From assembly GCA_021775525.1 (NCBI GenBank), contig JAJFHQ010000097.1, forward strand, positions 244 through 64,243: DNA of 64,000 nucleotides. Reading direction: 5' to 3'. Origin of the DNA: Hyphomicrobiales bacterium (GTDB taxonomy: Bacteria; Pseudomonadota; Alphaproteobacteria; Rhizobiales; Methyloligellaceae). Below are positions 9,607 through 20,519 of the stretch, one piece after another. The notes under the pieces are model-generated. The model saw only the letters and a program-made list of their open reading frames with translations, was not told where the DNA came from and did no database searches. Position 1 is the first letter of the stretch. Each line of letters opens with the position of its first letter. Both the position numbers and the translations under genes were made by a program.

Positions 9607-10469
9607 GAAGCTTCCCTGATCCGCGTGGTTTGAGGAGATGAGATGTCGAACTCCCGGTCATGCTGCAATGACGGGACGCGGGCGCGTGCCTCGGCCACCT
9701 GGGTCGGATTGATGTCCGCAAAAACCACGTCCGGATCGCTGCCGGCTTCGGCCAGGATGTCTCCCCATGGCGAGACGATGAGCGAATGCCCAAAAGTGGA
9801 GCGTCCCATCTCATGGTCGCCGCCCTGGGCAGCAGCGAAGATGAAACACCCTGTCTCGATAGCGCGGGCGCGCAACAGCACATGCCAGTGCGCTTCTCCG
9901 GTCTGCTTCGTGAAGGCGGACGGCACGGTGATGAAATCTGCGCCTTGCTTGGCCAGCGCACGGTAAAGCGCGGGGAAGCGCAGATCATAGCAGGTGGTCA
10001 GGCCGAGACGTCCCCAGGGAAGATCGGCGAGAACGGCATGTTTACCGGGCTGGTAATTTTTGGACTCGCGGTAGGATTCCCCACCCGGCAAGTCCACATC
10101 AAACATGTGCATCTTGTCATAGCGCGCCGCGATGTCACCTTCGGGCGAGATCAAGAAAGAGCGGTTGGCCACCTTGGTATCAGACAGATTGATGGCCATC
10201 GAGCCAATATGCAGCCAGACCTTCAATTCGGCAGCCAGACTCGTAAACCTCGAAACTGCCGTATTGCCGTCCTCGGGAAATGTATTGGCGAACAACTCTT
10301 TGGATGAGAGCACCATCAGGGACGTGTTTTCAGGAGTGAGGATATACTCCGCACCGCCCTTGGCCGCAGTTCGGATGGCGGATTCCGCGGCGTCGAGGTT
10401 AGGCTCGACCTCGCTCCCGCAGCGCAGCTGCACCAAAGCGGCGCGGAAATTCCTGCCTGTATCGCTCAT
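9603..10469 (-). CDS. carbon-nitrogen hydrolase (nitrilase superfamily) protein
   Basis: It shows FRAALVQL..., TPE (Glu), and the catalytic Cys context LGLTTCYDLRFP. The start is taken at ATG 10469, and GTG 10484 is also possible. Confidence 0.85.
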   Translation of the reverse strand: MSDTGRNFRAALVQLRCGSEVEPNLDAAESAIRTAAKGGAEYILTPENTSLMVLSSKELFANTFPEDGNTAVSRFTSLAAELKVWLHIGSMAINLSDTKVANRSFLISPEGDIAARYDKMHMFDVDLPGGESYRESKNYQPGKHAVLADLPWGRLGLTTCYDLRFPALYRALAKQGADFITVPSAFTKQTGEAHWHVLLRARAIETGCFIFAAAQGGDHEMGRSTFGHSLIVSPWGDILAEAGSDPDVVFADINPTQVAEARARVPSLQHDREFDISSPQTTRIREAS

Positions 10470-10487
10470 CGCACCTTTATCCACGAC

Positions 10488-11282
10488 CTAAAGCCGGGGT
10501 GTCAACGGATCGACCACCCGCGCGCGAGCCAGAACATCCACCCGCGCGGCCCCTGCCCGCTTCAACGCCTTGGCGCAGGCATTGGCGGTCGCGCCGGTTG
10601 TGATAACATCATCTATAAGAACGATATTCTGATCGAGAATGCCCGCGTGTTGAGCTTCCGGCACCTGGAACGCTCCAGCCACATTCTGCTTGCGCTGCTC
10701 GGTGCTCAGACCAACTTGGCTTGCAGTCCAGCGAATTCGCTTCAGAGCAAACGGGTTATCGGGGATGTCCCTGGCGCGCGAGAGTGCCCGTGCCAGAAGT
10801 GCCGACTGGTTAAATCGTCGGCTCCACAGCCTCATCCGCGCCAGCGGTACCGGCACCAGCAGGTCCGTATCTTCCAGCACATCGTCACCGGCATGTTTCA
10901 TCCAGAGGCAGAACAGCTTCACTCCCTCGTGACGGTCGCCATACTTGATGCCATGAATGAGCTCTCGCATCACCCCGTCATAGCGCGCAACAGCCCTGGC
11001 GCGGTCATAGTCCGGCGGATCGGCGAGGGCCGCGGCAGAAACCACGGTTTCATCTGAAGGGAACGGCAGCGGGATACCCAGCACATCACAGCGTGGTCTC
11101 TCAATAAAATCTATCCCCGGCCAGCATGTCGCGCACAGGCCGCCATGGCCCAGCACCGGGGAGCGGCAGACGAGGCACAAGGGCGGCAATATAAAATCAG
11201 AAAGCTTACCCGCTGCCTTACCGCAAAACGCACCTAAAGGCTGTAAAAGGTTCCTGGTCGCTTCTGCGTGTGAACTGCGCAC
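10488..11282 (-). CDS. ComF family protein (phosphoribosyltransferase-like)
   Basis: It has an N-terminal Cys cluster CLVCRSP...GLCATCW and a C-terminal PRTase motif IVLIDDVITTGAT. There is no ATG at a plausible position. I place the start at GTG 11282 (VRSSHAEATRNLL...). The track ORF, which runs to 11513, overlaps the divergent gene and is too long. Confidence 0.75.
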   Translation of the reverse strand: MRSSHAEATRNLLQPLGAFCGKAAGKLSDFILPPLCLVCRSPVLGHGGLCATCWPGIDFIERPRCDVLGIPLPFPSDETVVSAAALADPPDYDRARAVARYDGVMRELIHGIKYGDRHEGVKLFCLWMKHAGDDVLEDTDLLVPVPLARMRLWSRRFNQSALLARALSRARDIPDNPFALKRIRWTASQVGLSTEQRKQNVAGAFQVPEAQHAGILDQNIVLIDDVITTGATANACAKALKRAGAARVDVLARARVVDPLTPRL

Positions 11283-11349
11283 CGGTTGCTCGCCCCTTGT
11301 TTGATGTATGATAACGCCGGGCACAGTGAATGGTAAGGCCTGAGGCAAG

Positions 11350-12276
11350 ATGGCGAACGACCCCTTACAAATTTTTGACAGGGAACTGCTCAACCGCCGC
11401 CGGGCCCGCATCTCGGCGCACATCGCGGAGCATGATTTTCTGCTCACACGCGCCGGCGAGGACATTGAGATGCGTCTTGGCACGGTGTTGCGGGAGTTCC
11501 CTCTGGCGCTCAACTTGGGTGCGCATCACGGTATGCTGAGCACGATGTTAGCGGCTGATCCACGCATCGGACAGGTGGTCAGCACCGATGCCTGCCGGGA
11601 ACTCTTAATCCAGGGTGAGGGTGCGCGAGTGGTATGCGATGAGGAAGCCCTGCCCTTCAAGGCAAGCGCGCTGGACCTGGTTGTATCCGCGCTTTCGCTT
11701 CATTTGCTGAATGATATCCCGGGTGCACTCATCCAGATCCGCCGCGCACTCAAGGCCGACGGATTGTTCCTCGCCGCTGTCCTTGGCGGCCGCACGCTCT
11801 ACGAGTTGCGCGAGGCACTGGCCGTTGCAGAAGAGGAAATCGATGGCGGCGCCAGCCCGCGTGTCGCGCCATTCGCCGATGTCAGGGACTATGGGGGATT
11901 GCTTCAGCGGGCCGGGTTCGCCCTGCCCGTGACTGACGCGGATGTCGTGGAAGTCACTTACAAGACCGTCTTCGATCTGATGCGCGAGCTTCGGGGCATG
12001 GGCGCTAGCAATGCACTGATGGCGCGACGGCGAACACCCCTGAAACGAGAAATCCTGATGCGCGCTGGTGAAATTTATGCCCGGAGATTCCCCGCCAATG
12101 ACGGGCGTATCACTGCAAGTTTCGAGATCATCCACCTCACCGGCTGGGCACCGGACGCGTCGCAACCAAAACCATTGCAACCGGGAAGCGCAAAGAGACG
12201 CCTGGCCGATGCACTCGATAGCCAGGAGCAGACAGCCGGAGAAAAGGCCGACCCGATTGTCAAACGGGAAAAATGA
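11350..12276 (+). CDS. class I SAM-dependent methyltransferase
   Basis: 308 aa with a methyltransferase type-11-like core (LDLVVSALSLHLLNDIPGALIQIRRALKADGLFL). It is divergent from comF. Confidence 0.75.
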   Translation: MANDPLQIFDRELLNRRRARISAHIAEHDFLLTRAGEDIEMRLGTVLREFPLALNLGAHHGMLSTMLAADPRIGQVVSTDACRELLIQGEGARVVCDEEALPFKASALDLVVSALSLHLLNDIPGALIQIRRALKADGLFLAAVLGGRTLYELREALAVAEEEIDGGASPRVAPFADVRDYGGLLQRAGFALPVTDADVVEVTYKTVFDLMRELRGMGASNALMARRRTPLKREILMRAGEIYARRFPANDGRITASFEIIHLTGWAPDASQPKPLQPGSAKRRLADALDSQEQTAGEKADPIVKREK

Positions 12277-12295
12277 TGAGGTGTAAGACGCTCGT

Positions 12296-12487
12296 CTAGA
12301 ACGAGCTGGACACCGTGGTGAAAAGGATCACCACTTGAGACCCGACATTGGTAACACTGATGAGAATCGCGGTGGAGATGCCGGCGGCGATCAATGCATA
12401 TTCGATTGCGGTTGCAGCTGAGCAATCCTTTGCAAAATCATTCAGCCCTTGCAGGGCCCGTTTTCCTAAATTGATCCTGTCAGCCAT
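12296..12487 (-). CDS. flp: Flp family type IVb pilin
   Basis: 63 aa. It has a leader followed by the Flp signature ...FAKDCSAATAIEYALIAAGIS and then a hydrophobic stretch. No tad/cpa assembly genes occur in this window. Confidence 0.75.
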   Translation of the reverse strand: MADRINLGKRALQGLNDFAKDCSAATAIEYALIAAGISTAILISVTNVGSQVVILFTTVSSSF

Positions 12488-12522
12488 CGATTTAGACCTC
12501 CTGTCCCTGACGCTGCTTTTAT

Positions 12523-12966
12523 CTAAAGCAGGTCTCTTAGCATTGCCTTAAGCGGCTCATCGGCGGGCGGCATGTCGTATCCACTCAACCGGTTGGGCCG
12601 TACCCAGGCCAACTCCTGTCCCTCTCTCGCCTCCAGTTCCCCGTCCCACTGCCTGCACACATAGAGCGGCATCAGCAGGTGAAAATCGTCATAGCCGTGG
12701 CTCGCAAAGGTCAACGGGGCCAGGCAAGACTCAGTCACATCAATTCTAAGCTCTTCCGCCAGTTCGCGGATCAGCGCATCTTCCGGGCGTTCACCCTGCT
12801 CGACCTTTCCACCGGGAAACTCCCACAGGCCAGCCATGTGGCGCCCCTCGGGCCGTTTCGCGATGAGGACGCGGTTGTCCTCGTCTACAAGAGCGCAGGC
12901 AACGACGAGTGTGATCCGGTTTGGCACTTTTTCGAGGGTCCAGCCTAGCAAAACAGGGTTAAGCAA
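12523..12966 (-). CDS. mutT: NUDIX hydrolase, MutT-like 8-oxo-dGTP diphosphatase
   Basis: Nudix box GLWEFPGGKVEQGERPEDALIRELAEEL. The track start is TTG 12966, and GTG 12927 (VPNRITLVVAC...) is an alternative. Confidence 0.85.
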   Translation of the reverse strand: MLNPVLLGWTLEKVPNRITLVVACALVDEDNRVLIAKRPEGRHMAGLWEFPGGKVEQGERPEDALIRELAEELRIDVTESCLAPLTFASHGYDDFHLLMPLYVCRQWDGELEAREGQELAWVRPNRLSGYDMPPADEPLKAMLRDLL

Positions 12967-13058
12967 CGGTCAGCGAAATCATTCAAAATTTCTACAGGGT
13001 TTAAAATCCATGACGGCAATGCTCCACAGATGAAGGCTTGTGGTTAACGCGAACCGCC

Positions 13059-14294
13059 CTAACTGCGATAATCGGCATTGATGGAAATATATTCTGAAGT
13101 CATGTCGCAGGTCCAAACCGTGGAGGACGCGTCCCCCACGCCCACATCAACCCGCACATCAATCTCCGCGCCTTTCATGTAGGCGGACGCCCGGTCTTCA
13201 ACATAGTCGGGGTCAACCTCACCCCGGTAAGCCACGCGGATGTCGCCAAACCAGATGGCCAGCTTGTCCCGGTCGGCTTTTTCTCCCGCCTTGCCAACCG
13301 CCATGACTATCCGGCCCCAATTGGGGTCTTCGCCGGCAAAGGCGGTTTTCACCAGTGGCGAGTTGGCAATTGAAAACCCGATTTGCCGCGCCGCCTTCTC
13401 ATTTTCGGCACCCTCGACTGTGATGGCTACGAACTTGCTCAGCCCCTCGCCATCTCGCACCACCTGGTGCGCGAGATCGCGCATCACCTGCTCAACCGCC
13501 TGGCCGAGTATCGCACCGCGTGCATCGCTGGTGTCTGATATCTCGCTCACGCCGCGCGCCGAAGCTGCCCCGGTCGCGAAGAGTAAGACTGTGTCGCTGG
13601 TCGAAGTGTCGCCATCGACGGTAATGGCGTTGAAGGTGTCCGCCACGCCCGCCTCGCACAACGCCTGTGCCACGCCCGGTGTCAGCGGCGCATCGGTGAA
13701 GATGAATGCCAACATGGTTGCCATGTCGGGTGCGATCATACCCGAGCCCTTGGCGATGCCGTTCACCGTGATATCCTGACCGTCAATTTGTACTTTGCGG
13801 GTTACAAGTTTGGGATAGGTGTCGGTGGTCATGATGGCGCGAGCGGCATCTACCCAGGCTATTTCGGACACGGTTTGCGCCAGCTCATCCAGTTTGCCGG
13901 TGAATTTAACCGGTTCCAGTGCTTCGCCTATGACGCCGGTGGAAGCGAGAAAGACCTCCTTTGCATCACAGCCTGCTGCCGCTGCCGCTGCCTTGGCGGT
14001 GGCCCGGACTGCATTCATGCCCTTCATGCCGGTAAAGGCGTTGGCATTGCCGGAATTCACCACCAGCGCGCGGGCCCGGCCCTGGGCCAGATGCTCACGG
14101 CACCATTCAACCGGTGCGGAGGCCGTTCTGGAACGCGTAAAAACACCGCCCACCACCGTTTCAGCCGCAAATATTGCGAGCATCAGATCCTTACGGCCCT
14201 CATAGCGGATACCAGCTTCGCACGCGGCGAGGCGAACGCCTTCGACAGGTGGAAGCTCAGCAAATTCGGCTGGCGCGAATGGTGATCCCGGCAC
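13059..14294 (-). CDS. argJ: bifunctional glutamate N-acetyltransferase / amino-acid acetyltransferase
   Basis: 411 aa with the autoproteolysis region ATMLAFIFTDA and the typical ArgJ C-terminus ...YISINADYRS. It has a GTG start. Confidence 0.93.
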   Translation of the reverse strand: MPGSPFAPAEFAELPPVEGVRLAACEAGIRYEGRKDLMLAIFAAETVVGGVFTRSRTASAPVEWCREHLAQGRARALVVNSGNANAFTGMKGMNAVRATAKAAAAAAGCDAKEVFLASTGVIGEALEPVKFTGKLDELAQTVSEIAWVDAARAIMTTDTYPKLVTRKVQIDGQDITVNGIAKGSGMIAPDMATMLAFIFTDAPLTPGVAQALCEAGVADTFNAITVDGDTSTSDTVLLFATGAASARGVSEISDTSDARGAILGQAVEQVMRDLAHQVVRDGEGLSKFVAITVEGAENEKAARQIGFSIANSPLVKTAFAGEDPNWGRIVMAVGKAGEKADRDKLAIWFGDIRVAYRGEVDPDYVEDRASAYMKGAEIDVRVDVGVGDASSTVWTCDMTSEYISINADYRS

Positions 14295-14354
14295 GTGACA
14301 CTCCGATCTGCCCGGTGCGGGCAGCTGGCTCCAGAATGCTGGAAGACGCGAGCC

Positions 14355-15203
14355 CTACTGAGCGAAGCTGCCCGTCTTGCGGGCCTCTTCGATAGCCTTT
14401 TTCACGTCCTCGTCGAGGATGTCAATCTTCGCGGCCTGTCTCAGGGCGAGTAAAACCTGGGCCGCCTTCTCGCGGATCATGTTCGTTTTCAACCGGTCCT
14501 TCACCTCGGCAAACGGCGGCGCCTTGCTTTGGCGCTTGTCTTCCAGCTTGATGACATGCCAGCCAAACTTGGTCTGGACCGGTTCCGAAATTTCACCCTT
14601 CTTCATGCTTTCCAGGGCCTTTTCAAATTCGGGAACCATCTGCCCCTTGGCAAAATATCCAAGATCCCCGCCTTGCGAACCGCTCGGCCCGGTCGATTTT
14701 TCCTGAGCCAGCTCGGCAAAGTCAGACCCGCGCCCGAGCCGCTCGATGATTTCGTGAGCATCTTCTTCGGTTTTCACGAGGATATGCCTGGCCCGCATCT
14801 CTTGCCGCGGTTTAATCTTGGCGACTTCCTTCTTATACAGCTCCATGGCTGCATCGTCGCTCACGGCGTCGCGAATTTTTTGCTGGTAGTAGGCATCGTG
14901 CAATGCACGGCGGCGGTAATATTTCATCAGTTCCTTGGACACCGCGCCGCCATCGAGTTTTTCCTTTTCCGACGCATCTGCCAGCAACTGGTTCTCTATC
15001 AGAAACAGCAACAATTCGCGGCGGCGATTCTTGACAGGGACGTTGGCGAGTTGTTCGCCGATTTCAGAGCGGGCGAATTCAAGATCCTGCTCGGTGATTT
15101 CCTCACCGTTGATCGTCGCCAGTACCTTTGAGCCGGCCAGCGCGCCGGTGGACACAATCATTGCCATTCCAGCAGCAGCTATCAGTGTTTTAAGAACCTT
15201 CAC
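14355..15203 (-). CDS. peptidylprolyl isomerase, parvulin (PpiC/SurA-like), periplasmic
   Basis: It has a signal peptide (VKVLKTLIAAAGMAMIVSTGALA) and a parvulin domain ARHILVKTEEDA...GGDLGYFAKGQMVPEFEKA. The start is taken at GTG 15203, while the track ORF runs to 15260. Confidence 0.85.
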   Translation of the reverse strand: MKVLKTLIAAAGMAMIVSTGALAGSKVLATINGEEITEQDLEFARSEIGEQLANVPVKNRRRELLLFLIENQLLADASEKEKLDGGAVSKELMKYYRRRALHDAYYQQKIRDAVSDDAAMELYKKEVAKIKPRQEMRARHILVKTEEDAHEIIERLGRGSDFAELAQEKSTGPSGSQGGDLGYFAKGQMVPEFEKALESMKKGEISEPVQTKFGWHVIKLEDKRQSKAPPFAEVKDRLKTNMIREKAAQVLLALRQAAKIDILDEDVKKAIEEARKTGSFAQ

Positions 15204-15581
15204 GTACCCATCCTTTTGACTGGTTTTGCGCAAGGGAGAGCATTCAAATGCCTCAAGCATCGGCTCTCCCGCCGCGACCTGATTTTGAGTTATCCCTTCT
15301 TACAATTTGCTATAAGGCATTGCCAAGCGGCGTTTCACCCGATCACATCAATTTACATTGACGTTAAGCTCACTTCAGCCGCGCGTTGACAAGACCGTAA
15401 GGCCTACTTATCTCTCAGGCCAGATGGCCCGCTCCGCAATAGCGGACGCAGGGCCACGTCACAAATTTCACCCGATCGAGGCCCCGCGCTGCAGAAGCCG
15501 CCGGGCAACCTCGTCCGGCATAAATATACAAGCTCCCTGTTTGAGAGAGCGCGTGTAGTAAAAGGACCGAGAGGACCGCAA

Positions 15582-18287
15582 ATGGTATCCTTTGGCACAA
15601 TTGCCACCAAGGTGTTCGGCTCGTCGAATGAGCGCAAGCTCAAGGACTACGATGCCAATGTCGCCGCGATCAATGCACTTGAAGAAGAGATTGAAAAGCT
15701 CTCCGACGCCAAATTGCGCGCGCGTACCGAAGAATTCCGCAAGCAGGTAACCGAGGGTGCTGAACTTGATGATCTTCTCATCCCCGCCTTCGCGACCGTT
15801 CGCGAAGCCGCCAAGCGCACGCTGGGGCAGCGCCATTTCGATGTACAGCTGATTGGCGGCATGGTGCTGCATGAAGGCAAGATCGCCGAGATGAAAACCG
15901 GCGAGGGTAAAACTCTTGTCGCAACCCTGCCCGTGTATCTGAATGCCCTCACCGGCAACGGTGTGCATGTGGTAACGGTGAACGATTACCTGGCCAGAAG
16001 GGATGCGGGCTGGATGGGCGCTGTATACGAATTTCTCGGACTCTCTGTCGGCTGCATCCTGCACGATATCGATGATGCCGACCGCAAAGCGCAATATGCC
16101 TGCGATGTGACCTACGGGACCAACAACGAATTCGGTTTCGACTATCTTCGCGACAATATGAAATATTCGACCGAAGAGATGGTCCAGCGCGGCCATGCGT
16201 TCGCCATCGTAGATGAAGTGGACTCGATCCTCGTGGATGAGGCACGCACACCGTTGATCATCTCCGGTGCCATCGAAGACCGCTCAGACCTATACAACAC
16301 CATCGACACTATCGTACCCGAACTTGTCGAGGGAGACTACGAGGTCGATGAGAAGATGAAGACGGTCACCTTGAGCGAAGCAGGCAACGAACATGCCGAG
16401 CAAATACTGGGCAAAGCGGGCTTGCTCAAGGGCGAGTCACTCTACGACATCGAAAACGTCACCGCTGTTCACCACATCAACCAGGCACTTCGCGCGCACA
16501 AGCTGTTCCAGCGAGACAAGGATTATATCGTCAAGAGCGACCAGGTGGTCATTATCGACGAGTTCACCGGGCGCATGATGGAGGGGCGCCGCTATTCCGA
16601 AGGCCTGCACCAGGCCCTGGAAGCCAAGGAGCATGTCTCCATCCAGCCCGAGAACCAGACCATGGCCTCGGTGACCTTCCAGAATTATTTCCGGCTGTAT
16701 GAAAAACTTGCCGGCATGACCGGTACGGCGCTGACCGAAGCCGACGAGTTCATGGATATTTACGGCCTGGACGTGCTGGAAATACCGACCAACTCCGACA
16801 TGGTCCGCATCGACGACGATGATGAAGTCTACCGCATGGAATCGGAAAAATACGCCGCGATTATCGAGCTCATCAAGGACTGCAAGACGCGCGGCCAACC
16901 CGTGCTCGTCGGCACCACGTCGATTGAAAAGTCCGAGGAACTGGCAGCACTCCTGCGAAAGGACAAGGTCAAGAACATCCAGGTTCTGAACGCGCGCTAC
17001 CACGAGCAGGAGGCGCACATCATCGCCCAGGCCGGCGTGTCCGGCGCGGTGACCATCGCCACTAACATGGCCGGACGCGGTACGGACATCCAGCTCGGCG
17101 GCAATCCTGAAATGCTTGTCGACAACTGGATTGCGGATCAGGAAGGCAAGGGCAAGACACCAACCCAGAAACAAATTGATGCCCAGCGCAAAAAAATCGA
17201 GGCTGAAGCCGAGAAGGACAAGAAAATTGCCCTCGCAGCTGGCGGCCTCTACGTCATCGGCACGGAGCGGCACGAAAGCCGGCGCATCGACAACCAGCTG
17301 CGCGGCCGCTCGGGACGCCAGGGCGACCCGGGACACTCAAAATTCTTTCTCTCGCTCGATGATGACCTTATGCGCATATTCGGCTCCGACCGCATGGATG
17401 GCATGTTGCAGAAGCTTGGCCTCCAGGAAGGCGAAGCAATCATCCATCCCTGGATCAACAAGGCGCTTGAAAAAGCACAGCAGAAAGTCGAAGCGCGCAA
17501 CTTCGACGCCCGCAAGCATATTCTCAAATTCGACGACGTGATGAATGACCAGCGTCTGGTCATTTTTGAGCAGCGCCTGGACCTGATGAGCGATGCCGAC
17601 GTTTCAGAAACCATCAGCGACATGCGCCACGAGGTCGTGGACGGGATGATTGCCGAGCATATCCCTGAAAAGGCCTATGCCGAACAATGGGACGTGAAAG
17701 GCCTGTCAGAAGACATCGAGGAAACCTTTGACCTCAAGCTGCCGGTGGAAAAGTGGGCAGCGGAAGAAGGCATCGCCGATGCAGAAATTCACGAGCGACT
17801 CATCAAGGAAGTGGACAAGCGCGCAGCAAAGACTGCGGCCCAGTTTGGACCCGACACCATGCGTCAGGTTGAAAAAGCCGTGTTGCTGCAAACGCTGGAT
17901 CATTTGTGGCGCGAGCATATCGTGGTGTTGGAGCATTTACGCCAGGTCATCGGCTTGCGCGGATATGGACAGCGCGACCCGCTGAACGAATACAAAACCG
18001 AAGGTTTTACGCTGTTTGAAGCGCTGCTTGCCGAGTTGCGCAAGGCGGTGACCGGTCAGCTGTCCCATGTGCAACCCGCAGCCGAAGAACCACCGATGCT
18101 GGAAATGGCGGAACTCCCCCAGATGGAGGCGCACCATATCTCCCCGCTGACCGGCGAGGATAATTTTGCCCCCGTCGGCGAGGCAAGCGAAGGCGCACCG
18201 GCCTCGTGGGGCAAAGTTCCTCGCAACGCACCCTGCCCATGCGGGTCAGGCAAGAAATTCAAGCACTGCCACGGCGCTTTCAATTAA
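15582..18287 (+). CDS. secA: preprotein translocase subunit SecA
   Basis: 901 aa with a Walker A-type motif MKTGEGKT, a DEAD-like motif ([20 protein letters not shown]), and the C-terminal zinc motif [14 protein letters not shown]. Confidence 0.98.
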   Translation: MVSFGTIATKVFGSSNERKLKDYDANVAAINALEEEIEKLSDAKLRARTEEFRKQVTEGAELDDLLIPAFATVREAAKRTLGQRHFDVQLIGGMVLHEGKIAEMKTGEGKTLVATLPVYLNALTGNGVHVVTVNDYLARRDAGWMGAVYEFLGLSVGCILHDIDDADRKAQYACDVTYGTNNEFGFDYLRDNMKYSTEEMVQRGHAFAIVDEVDSILVDEARTPLIISGAIEDRSDLYNTIDTIVPELVEGDYEVDEKMKTVTLSEAGNEHAEQILGKAGLLKGESLYDIENVTAVHHINQALRAHKLFQRDKDYIVKSDQVVIIDEFTGRMMEGRRYSEGLHQALEAKEHVSIQPENQTMASVTFQNYFRLYEKLAGMTGTALTEADEFMDIYGLDVLEIPTNSDMVRIDDDDEVYRMESEKYAAIIELIKDCKTRGQPVLVGTTSIEKSEELAALLRKDKVKNIQVLNARYHEQEAHIIAQAGVSGAVTIATNMAGRGTDIQLGGNPEMLVDNWIADQEGKGKTPTQKQIDAQRKKIEAEAEKDKKIALAAGGLYVIGTERHESRRIDNQLRGRSGRQGDPGHSKFFLSLDDDLMRIFGSDRMDGMLQKLGLQEGEAIIHPWINKALEKAQQKVEARNFDARKHILKFDDVMNDQRLVIFEQRLDLMSDADVSETISDMRHEVVDGMIAEHIPEKAYAEQWDVKGLSEDIEETFDLKLPVEKWAAEEGIADAEIHERLIKEVDKRAAKTAAQFGPDTMRQVEKAVLLQTLDHLWREHIVVLEHLRQVIGLRGYGQRDPLNEYKTEGFTLFEALLAELRKAVTGQLSHVQPAAEEPPMLEMAELPQMEAHHISPLTGEDNFAPVGEASEGAPASWGKVPRNAPCPCGSGKKFKHCHGAFN

Positions 18288-18387
18288 GCTTCTTCTTTTA
18301 AAGCGTATCAACCACCGCTGCGTAGCTGGCGCGTAAACGCGAAAAGCGCTATGCGATGTGCAGTATCCAGGCGCCGGGGGAAGTTTC

Positions 18388-20166
18388 ATGACAACCGACC
18401 AAATCATGCTGTTCGCACTGTTGGGCGTGGTGTTCGCGCTGTTGCTGTGGGGCCGCATTCGCTATGACATTGTTGCGTTTGGGGCGCTTGTCGTGGCCGT
18501 GCTTCTGGGGCTCGTTGGGCAAAAAGCGGCCTTTGCCGGATTTGGCCACCCGGCGGTGATTATCATCGCGCTGGTACTGGTGGTGAGCCGGGGGCTGGTG
18601 AACTCGGGTGCAATCGAAGTGGTGGCGCGCCATGCGGTAGACTCAACCCGACCGCTCTGGTCCCATATCGGTATCATGTCAGGCGTTGGCGCGATTCTGT
18701 CGGCCTTCATGAATAATGTAGGTGCGCTCGCGCTGCTGATGCCTGTAGATGTGCAGGCCGCTTCCAAGGCAAAGCGCTCGCCCGCCCTTACCTTGATGCC
18801 GCTCTCCTTCGCCACCATACTTGGTGGCCTGGTGACGCTCATTGGCACGCCGCCCAATATCATCATCGCCAGCTTCCGCGAGCAGGAACTTGGCGCGCCT
18901 TTCCAGATGTTCGATTTCGCTCCCGTCGGCATCGTTGCCGCAGTCACGGGCGTCCTGTTCGTAACACTCGTCGGCTGGCGGCTGATCCCGGCAGCACGCA
19001 CCGAACATGACACGGGTGCTGAGCTGTTCGACATGGGAGACTATATTGCCGAGGTGCGCGTCAAGCAGAAGTCATCGACCATCGGCAAGAGGGTTCGCGA
19101 GCTGGATGATGTGGTTGAGGAAGCCGGCGCGGTCATTCTCGGTTTGGTGCGCCGTGGCAAGCGCCTGCCGGGCCAGGCGCGGCGTGAGACGGTGCGCAAG
19201 GGAGACATTCTCGTCGTCGAGGCCGCCCCGCAGGCCATTGAAGAACTGGTAGGGGCGTTGGGGCTTGAATATGTGGGCGGTGAAAAACATAACGGCCTGA
19301 TCGGTACGGCGGATACCGGGATGATAGAAGTTGTCGTACAGGAAAACTCACGTCTTGCCGGGCGCTCTGCCCTTGATGTCAGCCTGCTCTACCGTCATGG
19401 CATCACGCTCCTGGGAGTCTCGCGTGCTGGCAAGAAATTTCATGACCGTGTCCGGCATCTGGAAATTCGACCCGGCGATATCCTGCTGCTTTATGGCGCC
19501 AATGACCGGTTGACCCAAATTGTTGACTGGCTTAGCGCCCTGCCGCTGGCAGAACGCGGTTTGAAGGTAATCAAACGCGAAACTGCATGGCTCGCGGTTG
19601 GCATCTTTGCCCTGGCGATCATTCTGGCGAGTTTCAACCTGGTCTATCTGCCCATCGCGCTCGCGGGCTGCTGTGTAGCGATGACATTGCTGAACATCGT
19701 GCCCGTGCGTGAAATCTACACAACCATCGAATGGCCCATCATCGTGCTGCTGGGCTCGCTCATCCCCATTGGCAACGCGCTCCAGGAAACTGGCGGTACG
19801 GCTCTCATCGCCGACGGGATTGTTGCGGCCACCAATGGCTATGCTCCCTGGGTGGTGCTCACGGTCCTGATGGTTGTCACCATGACGCTCTCAGACGTGC
19901 TCAACAATACGGCTACCGCGCTCATTGCTGCACCTGTGGCAGTCAGCATCGCTGAACGTCTTGGCGCTAACCCGGACCCGTTTTTGATGGCCGTGGCGAT
20001 CGCCGCTTCCTGTGCCTTTCTTACCCCAATCGGCCACAAGAACAACACACTGATCATGGGGCCGGGCGGCTATCAGTTTGGTGATTATTGGCGCATGGGC
20101 CTGCCACTGGAGATTCTCGTGATTGCCGTTTCGGTTCCAATGCTGCTGATCTTCTGGCCATTCTAA
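18388..20166 (+). CDS. SLC13/DASS family anion permease with central TrkA-C-like domains
   Basis: It has polytopic hydrophobic N- and C-terminal halves flanking a soluble insert of about 180 aa (DYIAEVRVKQKSSTIGKRVRELD... and ...MIEVVVQENSRLAGRSALD), typical of TrkA_C pairs. The start is taken at ATG 18388. Confidence 0.8.
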   Translation: MTTDQIMLFALLGVVFALLLWGRIRYDIVAFGALVVAVLLGLVGQKAAFAGFGHPAVIIIALVLVVSRGLVNSGAIEVVARHAVDSTRPLWSHIGIMSGVGAILSAFMNNVGALALLMPVDVQAASKAKRSPALTLMPLSFATILGGLVTLIGTPPNIIIASFREQELGAPFQMFDFAPVGIVAAVTGVLFVTLVGWRLIPAARTEHDTGAELFDMGDYIAEVRVKQKSSTIGKRVRELDDVVEEAGAVILGLVRRGKRLPGQARRETVRKGDILVVEAAPQAIEELVGALGLEYVGGEKHNGLIGTADTGMIEVVVQENSRLAGRSALDVSLLYRHGITLLGVSRAGKKFHDRVRHLEIRPGDILLLYGANDRLTQIVDWLSALPLAERGLKVIKRETAWLAVGIFALAIILASFNLVYLPIALAGCCVAMTLLNIVPVREIYTTIEWPIIVLLGSLIPIGNALQETGGTALIADGIVAATNGYAPWVVLTVLMVVTMTLSDVLNNTATALIAAPVAVSIAERLGANPDPFLMAVAIAASCAFLTPIGHKNNTLIMGPGGYQFGDYWRMGLPLEILVIAVSVPMLLIFWPF

Positions 20167-20519
20167 AGGCCTACCCTGGAGCTAAGGGGGGGTGACGGGC
20201 TGGCCGTTAAACTCTGAAATTCTGAGATACAGAACGGCCCCACGGCGAAAAACCTGGTAGGCACAGAATGGACTTTGCGATTCCTTCAGCACACTGAACG
20301 ATACCAAACTCAAACAGCCATTCCCGTAAGCTCATGGATTTATGCAACCTATGATATGTATTTCTACTGTAAATAGACTAATAAAATATACCACTAGTTG
20401 TATTTTATGCTTGCCACAACTCGCTTAAACTTTCAGCAACCTTTAAAACACTAATTTTATTCACAGAATACGACAGGCGCTCGCTTGGACTCCAACTATA
20501 CGTAACAGGAGATTATGTA

